Under the pieces are notes generated by a model that saw nothing but the letters and a program-made list of their open reading frames with translations, did no database searches and was not told the DNA's origin. A program made the position numbers and the translations under genes. This document shows, in pieces, positions 26,569-35,469 of a DNA stretch of 64,000 nucleotides (position 1 is its first letter; every line of letters starts with the position of its first letter). The stretch comes from Actinomycetota bacterium (GTDB taxonomy: Bacteria; Actinomycetota; Coriobacteriia; Anaerosomatales; PHET01), in NCBI GenBank assembly GCA_029265315.1, contig JAJUJM010000001.1:42493-106492 (forward strand), given 5' to 3'.

Positions 26569-27893
26569 GAGAGAGCCGATCGAGAGTGGTGAGTGTTGTG
26601 AGACGTTCGGATGAGGGTTTCGCGCTCGTGTTCACGATGGGTGCGGTCGCGCTCATCACCGCCGTTGCCGTCGGTGGCTACATGCTGGCGAACCAGACCC
26701 TCCACGACTCAGGTGTCAGTATGGACGTGAACCGAGCATACCAGCTCGCGAGCACCGGGCTTGAGCAGGAACTCTCGTTCTTCACCAAGGACAGGTTGGG
26801 CCAGTACCCGAAGACGGTGAACATGGACGGCGGCACGTATGTCGCGAGCGTCAATGACCTGGGTGGTGGCGTGTATGAACTGGCCGTCCGCGGAACCGTG
26901 GGAACCCAGGAGGAGACGGTCCTCACGCGTTTCCAGTACCTGAACCTGTGGGACATGAACATCTCCGGCGGCGCACAGTCCTCGATCGGCGTGCGCAACG
27001 GCTTCAACGGCAACAGCACGATCATCGGGTCGCTGTACGTCAACGGGGACATGGACTGGGGCTCCAACGGCCGGATGTGGGGGGGGCCCGTATTCATCAA
27101 GGATGGTGCCTGGAACGCGAGCGGCAACGGTCAGGTCGGCTCGAGTACCGATCGCGTCGACGCGTACGGTCCTGTCCCGAGCGACAACAGCCGTTACTTC
27201 ACCAATCTGAAGGGCACGGCGCCGGATTTGGAGATCCCTAGCCTGACCGATGAGAACATGGCGGCGTACCTGCAGGGTGCGAAGGACTACGCGGTGGCGA
27301 ATCCGCGGACCACTCCGCTGTATGGAACCCAGCCGGCAAACCAAGACGCGACCTACTACACGGTGTTCAACGGGGACACGACGTTCAACTCCGATTTCGG
27401 TGACACGACCAACGATGCCATCGCCGTGCGCGGCGGTGTCGTCTACCTCAAAGAGGACGCGATCATCTACGTGAACGGTACCGCGACCTTCGGGAGTTCG
27501 ATCGTGGGCTACCGTGGCAGCGGCACCATCGTCGCGAAGGACGGCTTCGTCACCCAAGGCAGCCTGGTTCCTCAGAATGGTCTGACGGAGACTCTGTATG
27601 GCAACACGGTCCCGAAGATGGATGAGACGAACTGTCTGGGTCTGCTGTCGCAAGGCGATTTCAACGCGAACGGCAAGGGTGACACTGTCTGCGCCGCGGT
27701 GTTCCTCAACGGTAACTACATCGTACCGTCCAGCGGGCACAGCGATTTCCGCGGCTCGATGATCACGAACAGCATCTTGATTGACACGACCAACTGTCTC
27801 TTGGCCACCCAGCCGGGACTGGGTGACCTGTTGCCGGCCGGTATGCCACAGCTCGCCGGTTTCGTCGCGCGCGGCGACTGGGTGAGACGCTGA
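26565..27893 (+). CDS. PilX-N-like pilus-associated protein (442 aa), no Glu5
   Basis: The start overlaps the upstream stop (ATGA). The N-terminus is RRSDEG|FALVFTMGAVALITAVAVGGYML, a PilX/TadG-like hydrophobic segment lacking Glu at +5. The large Gly/Asn/Thr-rich domain is possibly beta-helical. Confidence 0.65.
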   Translation: MRESRSRVVSVVRRSDEGFALVFTMGAVALITAVAVGGYMLANQTLHDSGVSMDVNRAYQLASTGLEQELSFFTKDRLGQYPKTVNMDGGTYVASVNDLGGGVYELAVRGTVGTQEETVLTRFQYLNLWDMNISGGAQSSIGVRNGFNGNSTIIGSLYVNGDMDWGSNGRMWGGPVFIKDGAWNASGNGQVGSSTDRVDAYGPVPSDNSRYFTNLKGTAPDLEIPSLTDENMAAYLQGAKDYAVANPRTTPLYGTQPANQDATYYTVFNGDTTFNSDFGDTTNDAIAVRGGVVYLKEDAIIYVNGTATFGSSIVGYRGSGTIVAKDGFVTQGSLVPQNGLTETLYGNTVPKMDETNCLGLLSQGDFNANGKGDTVCAAVFLNGNYIVPSSGHSDFRGSMITNSILIDTTNCLLATQPGLGDLLPAGMPQLAGFVARGDWVRR

Positions 27894-27905
27894 TCGCGGG
27901 GGATG

Positions 27906-27934
27906 TTGTTGACATCGGGCGCAGTTGGTATCAT
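27906..27934 (+). promoter_or_regulatory. candidate sigma-70-type promoter for pilMNO (TTGTTG-N17-TGgTATCAT; overlapping TTGACA)
   Basis: TTGTTG lies at 27906-27911 and a perfect TTGACA at 27909-27914. An extended -10, TGG TATCAT, lies at 27926-27934. This is an AT-rich island in the 78-nt gap before pilM. Confidence 0.5.
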
Positions 27935-27986
27935 CTCCGAGGGACCATCGCAGCACCATTAGACGAAGCACTTGACGCAGCAGTGG

Positions 27987-29120
27987 ATGAGGGAGGAAGC
28001 GTTGGCTCCTGTCGGGCTCGGCTTGGCACAGCCACCTATCGGCTTGGACATCGGCACCGACTACGTCCGCGCCGCTCGCATCCGTCCCGCCGCAGGTGGG
28101 ATGGCTCTTTCGGGTTACGGTCGAGCCGTCATGCCCTTCGGCGCCGTCGTGGAGGGCGAGATCGTCGACCCTCAGGCGGCCGCGTCCGCCGTGTCACAAC
28201 TGTGGCGTGAAGCGGGTTTCCGCCAGAAGGAAGTCGCGATCGGTGTGGCCAACCAGAAGGTCGTGGTCCGCCTCATCGACCTGCCCTTCATGGAGAAGAC
28301 TGAGCTTGCCGGAGCGATCCAATACCAGGCCCAGGACTACATCCCCATCCCGGTCGAGGAAGCCATCCTGAGCTACGAGGTCATCGGCGACTACATGACG
28401 CCGGCCGACGAGCACATGATGGAGGTGCTGCTCGTCGCGGCTTCCCGCGACATGATCAACAGTGCAGTGGCCACGGTCGAAGCGGCCGGTCTCAAACTCG
28501 AACGCATCGACCTGACGGCGTTCGCGCTCGTCCGCGCGCTCATGGGCCTGGATTCAGCCGTGCTGCCGGACGAAGAGGTCTCGGGTGCGACAGGTCTCAT
28601 CCACATCACATCCGGGCTCACCAACATCGTGGTGGTGGAGCGTGGCGTCCCCCGCTTCACGCGTGTCTCAGCGTTGGCTGGCAAGCAGTTCACCCAGGCG
28701 ATCGCGAATGTCATGAACCTGACGTACGACGAGGCAGAGGACCTGAAGATTCGCGTTGGTCTTCCGAGCGTCGACGGCCAGGGAGCGCCGCCCGCCGGCG
28801 TCGAGCCGGAGGTCGCACAGGTCGCTCAGCAGGCGCTCGAGCGTGAGACGAACCGGTTCATCGGTGAGGTCCGACGGTCCATCGATTACTACCTGACCCA
28901 GGCCACCCAGGTGAGGACGATCAAACGCATCGTCCTGACGGGTTCCGGCTCCATGCTTCGCAACCTGCCCAACTACCTGGAGAAGGGGCTTCAGACCGAG
29001 ATCGTCTTGGGTGATCCGCTGGCGCGCATCGTCATGCAGCCGTCCACGGAAAGCGCGATCATCGCCGATCGCATGGGCTGTGCTCCCGCCCTCGGGCTTG
29101 CGCTGGGGGGGATCGCGTAG
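27987..29120 (+). CDS. pilM: type IV pilus assembly protein PilM (actin-like ATPase fold)
   Basis: IGLDIGTDYVRAARI is the phosphate-1 motif, and the overall architecture is PilM/FtsA-like. The start is ambiguous: TTG 27972, ATG 27987, or TTG 28002. The last sits 5 nt after a strong GGGAGG (27991-27996). Confidence 0.88.
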   Translation: MREEALAPVGLGLAQPPIGLDIGTDYVRAARIRPAAGGMALSGYGRAVMPFGAVVEGEIVDPQAAASAVSQLWREAGFRQKEVAIGVANQKVVVRLIDLPFMEKTELAGAIQYQAQDYIPIPVEEAILSYEVIGDYMTPADEHMMEVLLVAASRDMINSAVATVEAAGLKLERIDLTAFALVRALMGLDSAVLPDEEVSGATGLIHITSGLTNIVVVERGVPRFTRVSALAGKQFTQAIANVMNLTYDEAEDLKIRVGLPSVDGQGAPPAGVEPEVAQVAQQALERETNRFIGEVRRSIDYYLTQATQVRTIKRIVLTGSGSMLRNLPNYLEKGLQTEIVLGDPLARIVMQPSTESAIIADRMGCAPALGLALGGIA

Positions 29121-29780
29121 ATGATACGCATCAACCTCCTCCCGCCGGAGATCATCGAGAAGCGCAAGTATGAGCGCTACTACCCGTACGTACTGATCGT
29201 CGGGGCGGTGCTCGCCTTCGTGATCCTTGCCGTGTGGGGATACCTCCAACTCATGAACGGCGCCCGTACCGCCGAGTTGCAGTCAATCGAACAGTCCGCT
29301 GCTGACCTTCGCAAGCAAGCGGAGGTCCTCTCGGTGTTCGAGCTCAAAGAGACTGAGCTCAAGGCACGACAGCAGGCGGCCAACGCCGCACTGGCTGGTC
29401 GTGTGGACATCGGTCGCGTCGCAGAAGAGGTATCACTCGTCCTGCCAGAGGAGGTGTGGCTCACGCAGCTTGAGCTGCACGCACCAGTGACGACCGGGGA
29501 CCAGACGGCGGACGCGGTCGAGAGCTTCACCGGGTACGCGCCCGCTCCGTCGGCGTCCAAGACCGCTGAAGCATTCAAGTCCGTCGCGTCGACGCTCGTC
29601 AGGCTGGCCTCCCTGAGTGATTCGTTGCAGGACGTCTGGCTCAACAGGGCGCAGGCGCAAACGTACGGCGACTTCCAAGGGCTGGCCGACGGACAGGGTC
29701 CTCGTCCGATCGTCCCGTGCGTCGAGTTCGTCATCGAGGCGCAGCTGAAGTCTCCGGCTTCGCAGGGCACCGGGCAGTAG
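29121..29780 (+). CDS. pilN: type IV pilus assembly protein PilN
   Basis: MIRINLLPPEIIEKRKYER is the PilN signature, followed by a single TM helix and a coiled coil. The start is immediately after the pilM stop. Confidence 0.88.
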   Translation: MIRINLLPPEIIEKRKYERYYPYVLIVGAVLAFVILAVWGYLQLMNGARTAELQSIEQSAADLRKQAEVLSVFELKETELKARQQAANAALAGRVDIGRVAEEVSLVLPEEVWLTQLELHAPVTTGDQTADAVESFTGYAPAPSASKTAEAFKSVASTLVRLASLSDSLQDVWLNRAQAQTYGDFQGLADGQGPRPIVPCVEFVIEAQLKSPASQGTGQ

Positions 29781-29788
29781 GTGGACGG

Positions 29789-30436
29789 ATGAACCTCTCT
29801 CCACGCAACAAGCTCTTGGTGCTCATCGGGATCGTCCTTCTCGTGGCGGTGGCCATGATCGCCGGCCTGGTGGTTCCGGCTGTTCAGCAGATCAGCGTGG
29901 TGCGGCAGAAGATCGACCAAGCGACGAGTGATGCGGACTCCGCCAAGGTGCTTCTCGAGCAGAGGCGCCAGATCCGGGACCGCGCGGCCTCGACCGACCT
30001 TCAGGCGCTCCAGCTGGCTGTGGCTGTCCCGGAGAACCCCGACCTTCCCACTCTGGTGATCGACCTGCAGGATCTGGCTTCGGGCTCTGGCGTGTTCCTC
30101 AGCTCCATCCAGCCGGGTGCTCTCGTCATCACCGAGGGTGTTCCTCATGTCGGGATGCCGGTGACGCTTGTCGTCCAAGGGCCTTGGGTCGATGTCGTGG
30201 ACTACCTGCAGCAGCTTCAGCGCCTGCCGCGACAGCTCCGTGTGACCGACGTCAACGTCGGCATCCTTCCAGAGCCGAGCGAGCAGGACGCGGCTGAGCC
30301 GGGCATCACCGTACCTCCGTACTACCAGGTTGAAGCGAACATCCAACTCACCGCATACATCATCCCTGCCGGAAGCGTCTCAGCGACGAGTGCGCCCGCG
30401 CCTGAGCCGGCGCCTGCGCCCGCGCCGACCCAGTAG
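29789..30436 (+). CDS. pilO: type IV pilus assembly protein PilO
   Basis: ATG 29789 gives MNLSPRNKLLVLIGIVLLVAVAMIAGLVVPA (TM), a coiled coil, and a PilO-type C-terminal domain. The position after pilN supports the call. Confidence 0.75.
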   Translation: MNLSPRNKLLVLIGIVLLVAVAMIAGLVVPAVQQISVVRQKIDQATSDADSAKVLLEQRRQIRDRAASTDLQALQLAVAVPENPDLPTLVIDLQDLASGSGVFLSSIQPGALVITEGVPHVGMPVTLVVQGPWVDVVDYLQQLQRLPRQLRVTDVNVGILPEPSEQDAAEPGITVPPYYQVEANIQLTAYIIPAGSVSATSAPAPEPAPAPAPTQ

Positions 30437-30453
30437 GGGGCGAGAGGAACACC

Positions 30454-31044
30454 GTGGTCGGACCACTGAACACGCCGGACATCCCATCGGCAGCGCCTGA
30501 GGCGCCGAAGAGCGGAATCGCCGGATTCCTGTCAACGACGCTCGGCAAACTGGTCGTGGGCGGCGTGTTGGTCCTGCTCATAGGAGGTGCTGTCGCCGCT
30601 GCCGCGTTCGTGTTCCTGTTCTCCGAGATGAACAACGCGGTCCAAGACGCGCTCAACGGTGGGGCGGTCGTCGCGACGGGGACGGCCCCGGCCGCGGAGG
30701 TGCCCATGGAGCGCCCCGCACCGCGCCTGTCTGACAACTTCGCCTTCCGCAACATCTTCCGGCCGACGGTCAAGCCGTCCGTGCCGTCTTCGAGCTCGGT
30801 TGATGCGTCCGGCGGCGCTGTGCCCACCCTGCCGCCTGATACGTTGTTCCTCCAGTCGATCTCGGTGGTCGACGGGGAGCCGAAAGGCACCTTCATCTGG
30901 AACGGCGCCACCTTCACGGTGGGCGAGGACGAGGTGCTCGAGGGCACTCCGTGGAAGGTGTTGTCGCTCTCCGAGGGAACCGCCGTCATGCTCTTCGGTG
31001 ACTCGCGTGTGACGCTCACGGTCGGTCAGGCCACCGGCAAGTGA
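30454..31044 (+). CDS. membrane-anchored hypothetical protein in PilP position
   Basis: GTG 30454 follows GAGAGGA. There is one TM helix (LVVGGVLVLLIGGAVAAAAFVFLF), a Pro/Ser linker, and a short beta-rich C-domain (LQSISVVDGEPKGTFIWNGATFTVGEDEVLEGTPWKVLSLSEGTAVMLFGDSRVTLTVG). The PilP-like assignment rests on position and pattern only. Confidence 0.45.
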   Translation: MVGPLNTPDIPSAAPEAPKSGIAGFLSTTLGKLVVGGVLVLLIGGAVAAAAFVFLFSEMNNAVQDALNGGAVVATGTAPAAEVPMERPAPRLSDNFAFRNIFRPTVKPSVPSSSSVDASGGAVPTLPPDTLFLQSISVVDGEPKGTFIWNGATFTVGEDEVLEGTPWKVLSLSEGTAVMLFGDSRVTLTVGQATGK

Positions 31045-31079
31045 CACAGGTGACCGTTCGACCCCTCTTGGGGCCCCTT

Positions 31080-31088
31080 TGTTAGAAT
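31080..31088 (+). promoter_or_regulatory. candidate extended -10 promoter element (TGTTAGAAT) upstream of aroC
   Basis: TGT TAGAAT lies 42 nt upstream of the aroC ATG in the 85-nt gap after the pilus locus. The identical 11-mer TGTTAGAATCG recurs at 35340-35350 upstream of efp. Confidence 0.45.
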
Positions 31089-31129
31089 CGGCGTACACGA
31101 GCGTCTGGTCTTGATGAAGGGGTTTTTGC

Positions 31130-32278
31130 ATGCGCTACTCCACGGCCGGTGAGTCGCACGGGCGCGTGCTCACCGCCATCGTCTCGTCCGTCCCCGCGGG
31201 GATCGACGTCGACACCAAGGCGATCGATGCCGACCTTGCCAGGCGCCAAGCCGGCTACGGTAGGGGTGGACGGCAGCGTATCGAGACCGACCGCGTCTCG
31301 GTGCTCTCCGGCGTCCGCTTCGGCCGGACCATCGGAAGTCCGGTGGCGCTGGCCGTGGCGAACCGCGACTGGGACAACTGGACCGACGTCATGGCCACAT
31401 CCGGTGTCAAGCCGGACGGCATCCGCGAGACGCACCCCCGCCCGGGTCACGCTGACCTACCCGGCGTCCTCAAGATCGGGTCGGACGATGCACGCGACGT
31501 GCTCGAGCGCGCCAGCGCCCGTGAGACGGCGGCGCGCGTGGCGGCGGGGGGCATCGCCAAGGCGTTCCTCGCGCACCTCGGCGTCATGGTGCGATCCGTC
31601 GTCGACTCGATAGGCGGGGTGGAGTGGGAGGTGCCCCGCGACCCTGAAGCGATCGACTGGGAGGCCGTAACCGCGAGCGACGTGAGCTGTCCCGACCCCG
31701 GGGTCTCTGAAGAGATGCGGCGTGCGATAGATGCCGCGCGTGCTGACGGTGAGTCGCTGGGAGGCAGCTTCGTCGTCTTCGCGACGGGACTCGTCCCGGG
31801 GCTCGGTTCCTACGCTGAGGCCGAAGCCCGCTTGGATGCCGCCTTGGCGGCTGCCGTGGTCTCGATTCCCGCGATCAAGGGAGTCGGGTTCGGAGACGGA
31901 TTCGCCGTGGCCTCGCGGCGAGGCTCCCTCGTCCACGACGAGATCACGTGGGGTGAAGAGGGTTTCGGGCGTGCGACCAACCGGGCCGGCGGACTCGAGG
32001 GCGGCATGACCAACGGGCAGCCACTCGTCGTGCGGGCAGCGATGAAGCCCATCCCCACGCTCATGAGGCCGCTGTCGACGGTCGACCTCGACACCCGTGA
32101 GGTGGTCGATGCCAGCAAGGAGCGCAGCGACGTGTGCGCAGTGCCCGCTGCCGCCGTGGTCGCGGAGGCCGAGGTCGCCTTCGCACTGGCTCGCGCGTAC
32201 ATGGCGAAGTTCGGGGGCGACTGCGTGCCGGACATCCTCGACGCGCTCGAGCGCTACCGGCTGAGGATCGCCAGATGA
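31130..32278 (+). CDS. aroC: chorismate synthase
   Basis: 382 aa with MRYSTAGESHG, GRSSARETAARVAAG-like (RASARETAARVAAGG) and the C-terminal ERSDVCAVPAA motif. Confidence 0.95.
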   Translation: MRYSTAGESHGRVLTAIVSSVPAGIDVDTKAIDADLARRQAGYGRGGRQRIETDRVSVLSGVRFGRTIGSPVALAVANRDWDNWTDVMATSGVKPDGIRETHPRPGHADLPGVLKIGSDDARDVLERASARETAARVAAGGIAKAFLAHLGVMVRSVVDSIGGVEWEVPRDPEAIDWEAVTASDVSCPDPGVSEEMRRAIDAARADGESLGGSFVVFATGLVPGLGSYAEAEARLDAALAAAVVSIPAIKGVGFGDGFAVASRRGSLVHDEITWGEEGFGRATNRAGGLEGGMTNGQPLVVRAAMKPIPTLMRPLSTVDLDTREVVDASKERSDVCAVPAAAVVAEAEVAFALARAYMAKFGGDCVPDILDALERYRLRIAR

Positions 32279-32793
32279 CGAAAGGACACGTCTTTCTCGT
32301 AGGCTTCATGGGCTCGGGCAAGTCCACGGTCGCGCGGTTGGTGGCTGCGGCCATCGGGAGGCCGAGCGTCGACCTCGACGACATGGTTGAGCAGCGTAGC
32401 GGACGGCCAATCCCCGAGATCTTCGCTGAGGACGGCGAGGAGGCGTTCCGCGATGCCGAGACCCAGGCGCTGCTGTCGCTGTCCGAGCGACCGTCGTCCG
32501 TGGTGGCGTGCGGTGGCGGCGTGGTGCTCCGTCCCGAGAACCGTGCGGCTTTGAGGCGCATGGGAACGGTCGTGTTCCTGTCGGTGAGCGCGGCCGAAGC
32601 CCTCGCGCGCATCGGTGACGTGTCGACGAGACCGCTGCTCTCCGGCGCCGGTGGCTCACTTGCGGCGACCGCTCTGCTGGCGGCACGTGAAGGACTGTAC
32701 CGTTCCGTGGCGGACATCGTGGTCGACACCGAGGGCAAGACGCCCGATGAGGTGGCCGAGGCGGTCTCAGCGGCTCTCGAAGGTGCGTCATGA
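32275..32793 (+). CDS. aroK: shikimate kinase
   Basis: ATG 32275 overlaps the aroC stop. MTKGHVFLVGFMGSGKSTVARL is the P-loop, and the protein is 172 aa. Confidence 0.9.
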   Translation: MTKGHVFLVGFMGSGKSTVARLVAAAIGRPSVDLDDMVEQRSGRPIPEIFAEDGEEAFRDAETQALLSLSERPSSVVACGGGVVLRPENRAALRRMGTVVFLSVSAAEALARIGDVSTRPLLSGAGGSLAATALLAAREGLYRSVADIVVDTEGKTPDEVAEAVSAALEGAS

Positions 32794-33902
32794 GCGTCCG
32801 ACGGGTGCGGGTCGAACTTCCCGATACGGCCTACGACGTGCTGATCGGCTCTGGTCTGCTCGACGAGGTCGGACCGCTCGTGCGCGGGGTGACGAGGGCG
32901 CGCTGTGCCGCGCTCGTGAGCGATGAGAACGTGGCGGAGCGCTATGCGATACGCGTCGACGTCTCGCTGGCTCGCTCGGGGTTCCGCGTCTCGTCGCTCA
33001 CCGTACCGCCAGGTGAGTCCTCGAAGGAGTGGTCGCTCGCTGGCGAGTTGCTCGAGGCGCTCGCCGCCAAGGGCCTGTCCCGCGACGACATCGTGGTGGC
33101 CTTGGGTGGCGGAGTCACCGGTGACCTCGTGGGGTTCGTCTCGGCGGTGTATCTGCGCGGCATCGACCTCGTGCAGGTGCCTACGACGCTGCTTGCGATG
33201 GTCGACTCCTCGGTCGGAGGCAAGACGGCGGTGGACCTGCCGGCGGGCAAGAACCTCGTGGGCGCCTTCAAGCAGCCCCTGCTCGTCGTGGCTGATGTCG
33301 ACACGCTCAAGACGCTGCCCGATGAGGAGTGGCGAAGCGGGCTTGCGGAGGTCGCGAAGACCGCGATGCTCTCGGGCGAGGAGATGCTCTCATGGATGGA
33401 GGGGAACGCGCGTCGGTTGCTCGACCGCGATCCCGATGCGGTGATCGAGGCGGTCGAACGCTGTGTGGCGTTCAAGGCGGGCGTGGTGGCCGCCGACGAG
33501 CGTGAGTCAGGACCCCGTGAGTGCCTGAACTACGGGCATACGCTGGGCCATGCCATCGAGAAGGTTGCCGGGTACGGGCGCTTCACGCACGGGGCGGCGG
33601 TGGCGGAGGGCATGCGGTTCGCCTCGCGGGTGGCGGTGCAGCTCGCCGGCGCTGATGTATCGTTCGTACGTAGGCAGGACCGGTTGCTCGACGCGCTGGG
33701 TCTGGGTGCGCTCGAGGTCGCGCTGCCGACGGCCGTGCTGCACGACGCCATGCGCTCCGACAAGAAGGCGCGCGGCGGAGAGGTCCGGATGGTTCTGGTC
33801 TCGGAGCCGGGCACGTGGAGTTGCGTTGCTGTGGAACGCGCCGTGATCGACGAGCACCTCGAGGCGTGGGCGGGCACCAAATCAGAAGGGGAGGGCGCAT
33901 GA
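32790..33902 (+). CDS. aroB: 3-dehydroquinate synthase
   Basis: 370 aa with [39 protein letters not shown] and the metal site [11 protein letters not shown]. Confidence 0.95.
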   Translation: MSVRRVRVELPDTAYDVLIGSGLLDEVGPLVRGVTRARCAALVSDENVAERYAIRVDVSLARSGFRVSSLTVPPGESSKEWSLAGELLEALAAKGLSRDDIVVALGGGVTGDLVGFVSAVYLRGIDLVQVPTTLLAMVDSSVGGKTAVDLPAGKNLVGAFKQPLLVVADVDTLKTLPDEEWRSGLAEVAKTAMLSGEEMLSWMEGNARRLLDRDPDAVIEAVERCVAFKAGVVAADERESGPRECLNYGHTLGHAIEKVAGYGRFTHGAAVAEGMRFASRVAVQLAGADVSFVRRQDRLLDALGLGALEVALPTAVLHDAMRSDKKARGGEVRMVLVSEPGTWSCVAVERAVIDEHLEAWAGTKSEGEGA

Positions 33903-34342
33903 AGCGGGTCCTCGTCATGAACGGACCGAACCTCAATCTGCTTGGCACGCGCGAGCCGGACGTCTACGGGGCGGCGACTCTTCAAGACATCGAGGCCGCG
34001 ATGGCGTCACTCGCCGAGGAGTTGGGCGTGACCTTGCGGTTCGTGCAGAGCAACCACGAAGGAGTACTCATCGAGACGCTGCACGAGGCTCGGGGTACGT
34101 GTGATGCGGTCGTGTTCAACCCCGGCGCGTTCACGCACTACTCCTACGCCTTGAGGGATGCGGTCGTCGCTTCAGGGCTTCCGGTGGTCGAGGTCCACCT
34201 CTCCAACATCCATGCGCGCGAGGAGTTCAGACGCACGAGTGTCATCGCGCCTGTCTGCGTCGGGCAGATCAGCGGGTTCGGAGCCGATAGCTACCTCATG
34301 GGTCTGCGGGCGGCGGCCGCGTGTGCGGCGAACGAACGATGA
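33899..34342 (+). CDS. aroQ: type II 3-dehydroquinate dehydratase
   Basis: ATG 33899 overlaps the aroB stop. [24 protein letters not shown] and [15 protein letters not shown] are type II DHQase signatures. Confidence 0.93.
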   Translation: MKRVLVMNGPNLNLLGTREPDVYGAATLQDIEAAMASLAEELGVTLRFVQSNHEGVLIETLHEARGTCDAVVFNPGAFTHYSYALRDAVVASGLPVVEVHLSNIHAREEFRRTSVIAPVCVGQISGFGADSYLMGLRAAAACAANER

Positions 34343-35427
34343 GCGCGCGACGCCTGAGCGTGCTGCGGCAGCGCCTGTCCGCAGAGGAGCTCGATGCTCT
34401 CATCGTGTGCGACCCGACGAATCTCGCTTACGTCACGGGTTTCGACGACGTCTTCGACGGTGAGGACGCACACGCGCTGGCTATCACCTCCGAGGAGGCC
34501 TCGCTTCTCACCGACTCGCGCTACTTCGAGGCCCTCTCGCGCGCAGCGGAGGGCACGGAGTTCGAGGTCGTCCTGGTGCGCGAGAACCTCTACGTCACCT
34601 TGTGCGAACGTCTGGGCGAGAAAGGCATCGAGGTCGTGGCGCTCGAAGCCAATGTGCCGTACGGGCGCTTCCGGTTCATCTCCGAGCGATTCTCGGGTCG
34701 TGTCGAGGTCATAGACGGATGGGTCGAGGATGCGAGGCAGGTGAAAGACTCCGAGGAGGTCAGGCGTATCGCGGCTGCTGCGGAGCTCACTGACCGGGCG
34801 TTCAGCCACATCCTCGACCGCGTCGTACCCGGTGTCACCGAATGGGAGCTCGCACTCGAGCTGGAGATGTTCATGCGTCGCGAGGGGAGTGACGGTGTCG
34901 CGTTCGCGCCCATCGTGGCGAGCGGCCCGAACTCCGCGCTTCCGCACGCGCGGGTCACGCACCGGGTCATCGAGGCGGGTGACTTCGTCAAGCTCGACTT
35001 CGGAGCGCGCGTCGATGGCTACTGTGCCGATATGACACGGACCATCGTGGCCGGCCGCGCCAGTGATCGTCAGCGCGAGCTGCACAGCGCCGTGCTCGAG
35101 GCGAATCTTGCGGGCATCGCCGCAGTCCGTGCCGGTGTGCCCGGCAACGTGATCGATTCTCAGGCCCGCGGTGTGCTCGAGGCCCGCGGACTGGCCGAAT
35201 ACTTCGGGCATGGGCTGGGTCACGGCGTGGGCATGGAGGTCCACGAACTGCCGAGTGTAAGCCCCCGGGCCACGCGAAGCGTACCGGCGGGTTCGGTCAT
35301 CACCATCGAACCGGGCGTCTACGTGCCGGGATTCGGTGGTGTTAGAATCGAGGACTTGGTGGTCGTCGAAGAGCAGGGAGCACGCGTGCTGTCTCGCTCC
35401 GAGAAGACGCTGATCGAGACAGGGTAG
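34339..35427 (+). CDS. Xaa-Pro aminopeptidase/dipeptidase (M24B family)
   Basis: ATG 34339 overlaps the aroQ stop (ATGA). It has a creatinase-like N-domain plus M24 metal ligands ([32 protein letters not shown]...RIED). The aroQ-pepP-efp order matches Bacillus. Confidence 0.88.
   Translation: MSARRLSVLRQRLSAEELDALIVCDPTNLAYVTGFDDVFDGEDAHALAITSEEASLLTDSRYFEALSRAAEGTEFEVVLVRENLYVTLCERLGEKGIEVVALEANVPYGRFRFISERFSGRVEVIDGWVEDARQVKDSEEVRRIAAAAELTDRAFSHILDRVVPGVTEWELALELEMFMRREGSDGVAFAPIVASGPNSALPHARVTHRVIEAGDFVKLDFGARVDGYCADMTRTIVAGRASDRQRELHSAVLEANLAGIAAVRAGVPGNVIDSQARGVLEARGLAEYFGHGLGHGVGMEVHELPSVSPRATRSVPAGSVITIEPGVYVPGFGGVRIEDLVVVEEQGARVLSRSEKTLIETG
35340..35348 (+). promoter_or_regulatory. 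candidate extended -10 element (TGTTAGAAT) inside the 3' end of the peptidase gene, upstream of efp
   Basis: It shares the same 11-mer TGTTAGAATCG as 31080-31090 and lies ~120 nt upstream of the efp ATG. Confidence 0.35.
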
Positions 35428-35469
35428 TCGGCGCGCGATGTGCCGCGAACGGAAAGCTGAGGTCATACG

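Noticed and set aside
27909-27934. A perfect TTGACA paired with TATCAT as the pilM promoter.
   Set aside because: The spacer would be only 14 nt, too short for sigma-70 geometry. The overlapping TTGTTG with a 17-nt spacer plus extended -10 is the better reading.
13248-31044. The pilus locus as a recently acquired genomic island.
   Set aside because: There are no integrase, tRNA or flanking repeats, and no obvious composition shift by eye. In addition, pilB1 is translationally coupled to aroE. Ancient linkage seems more likely, though only comparative genomics can settle it.
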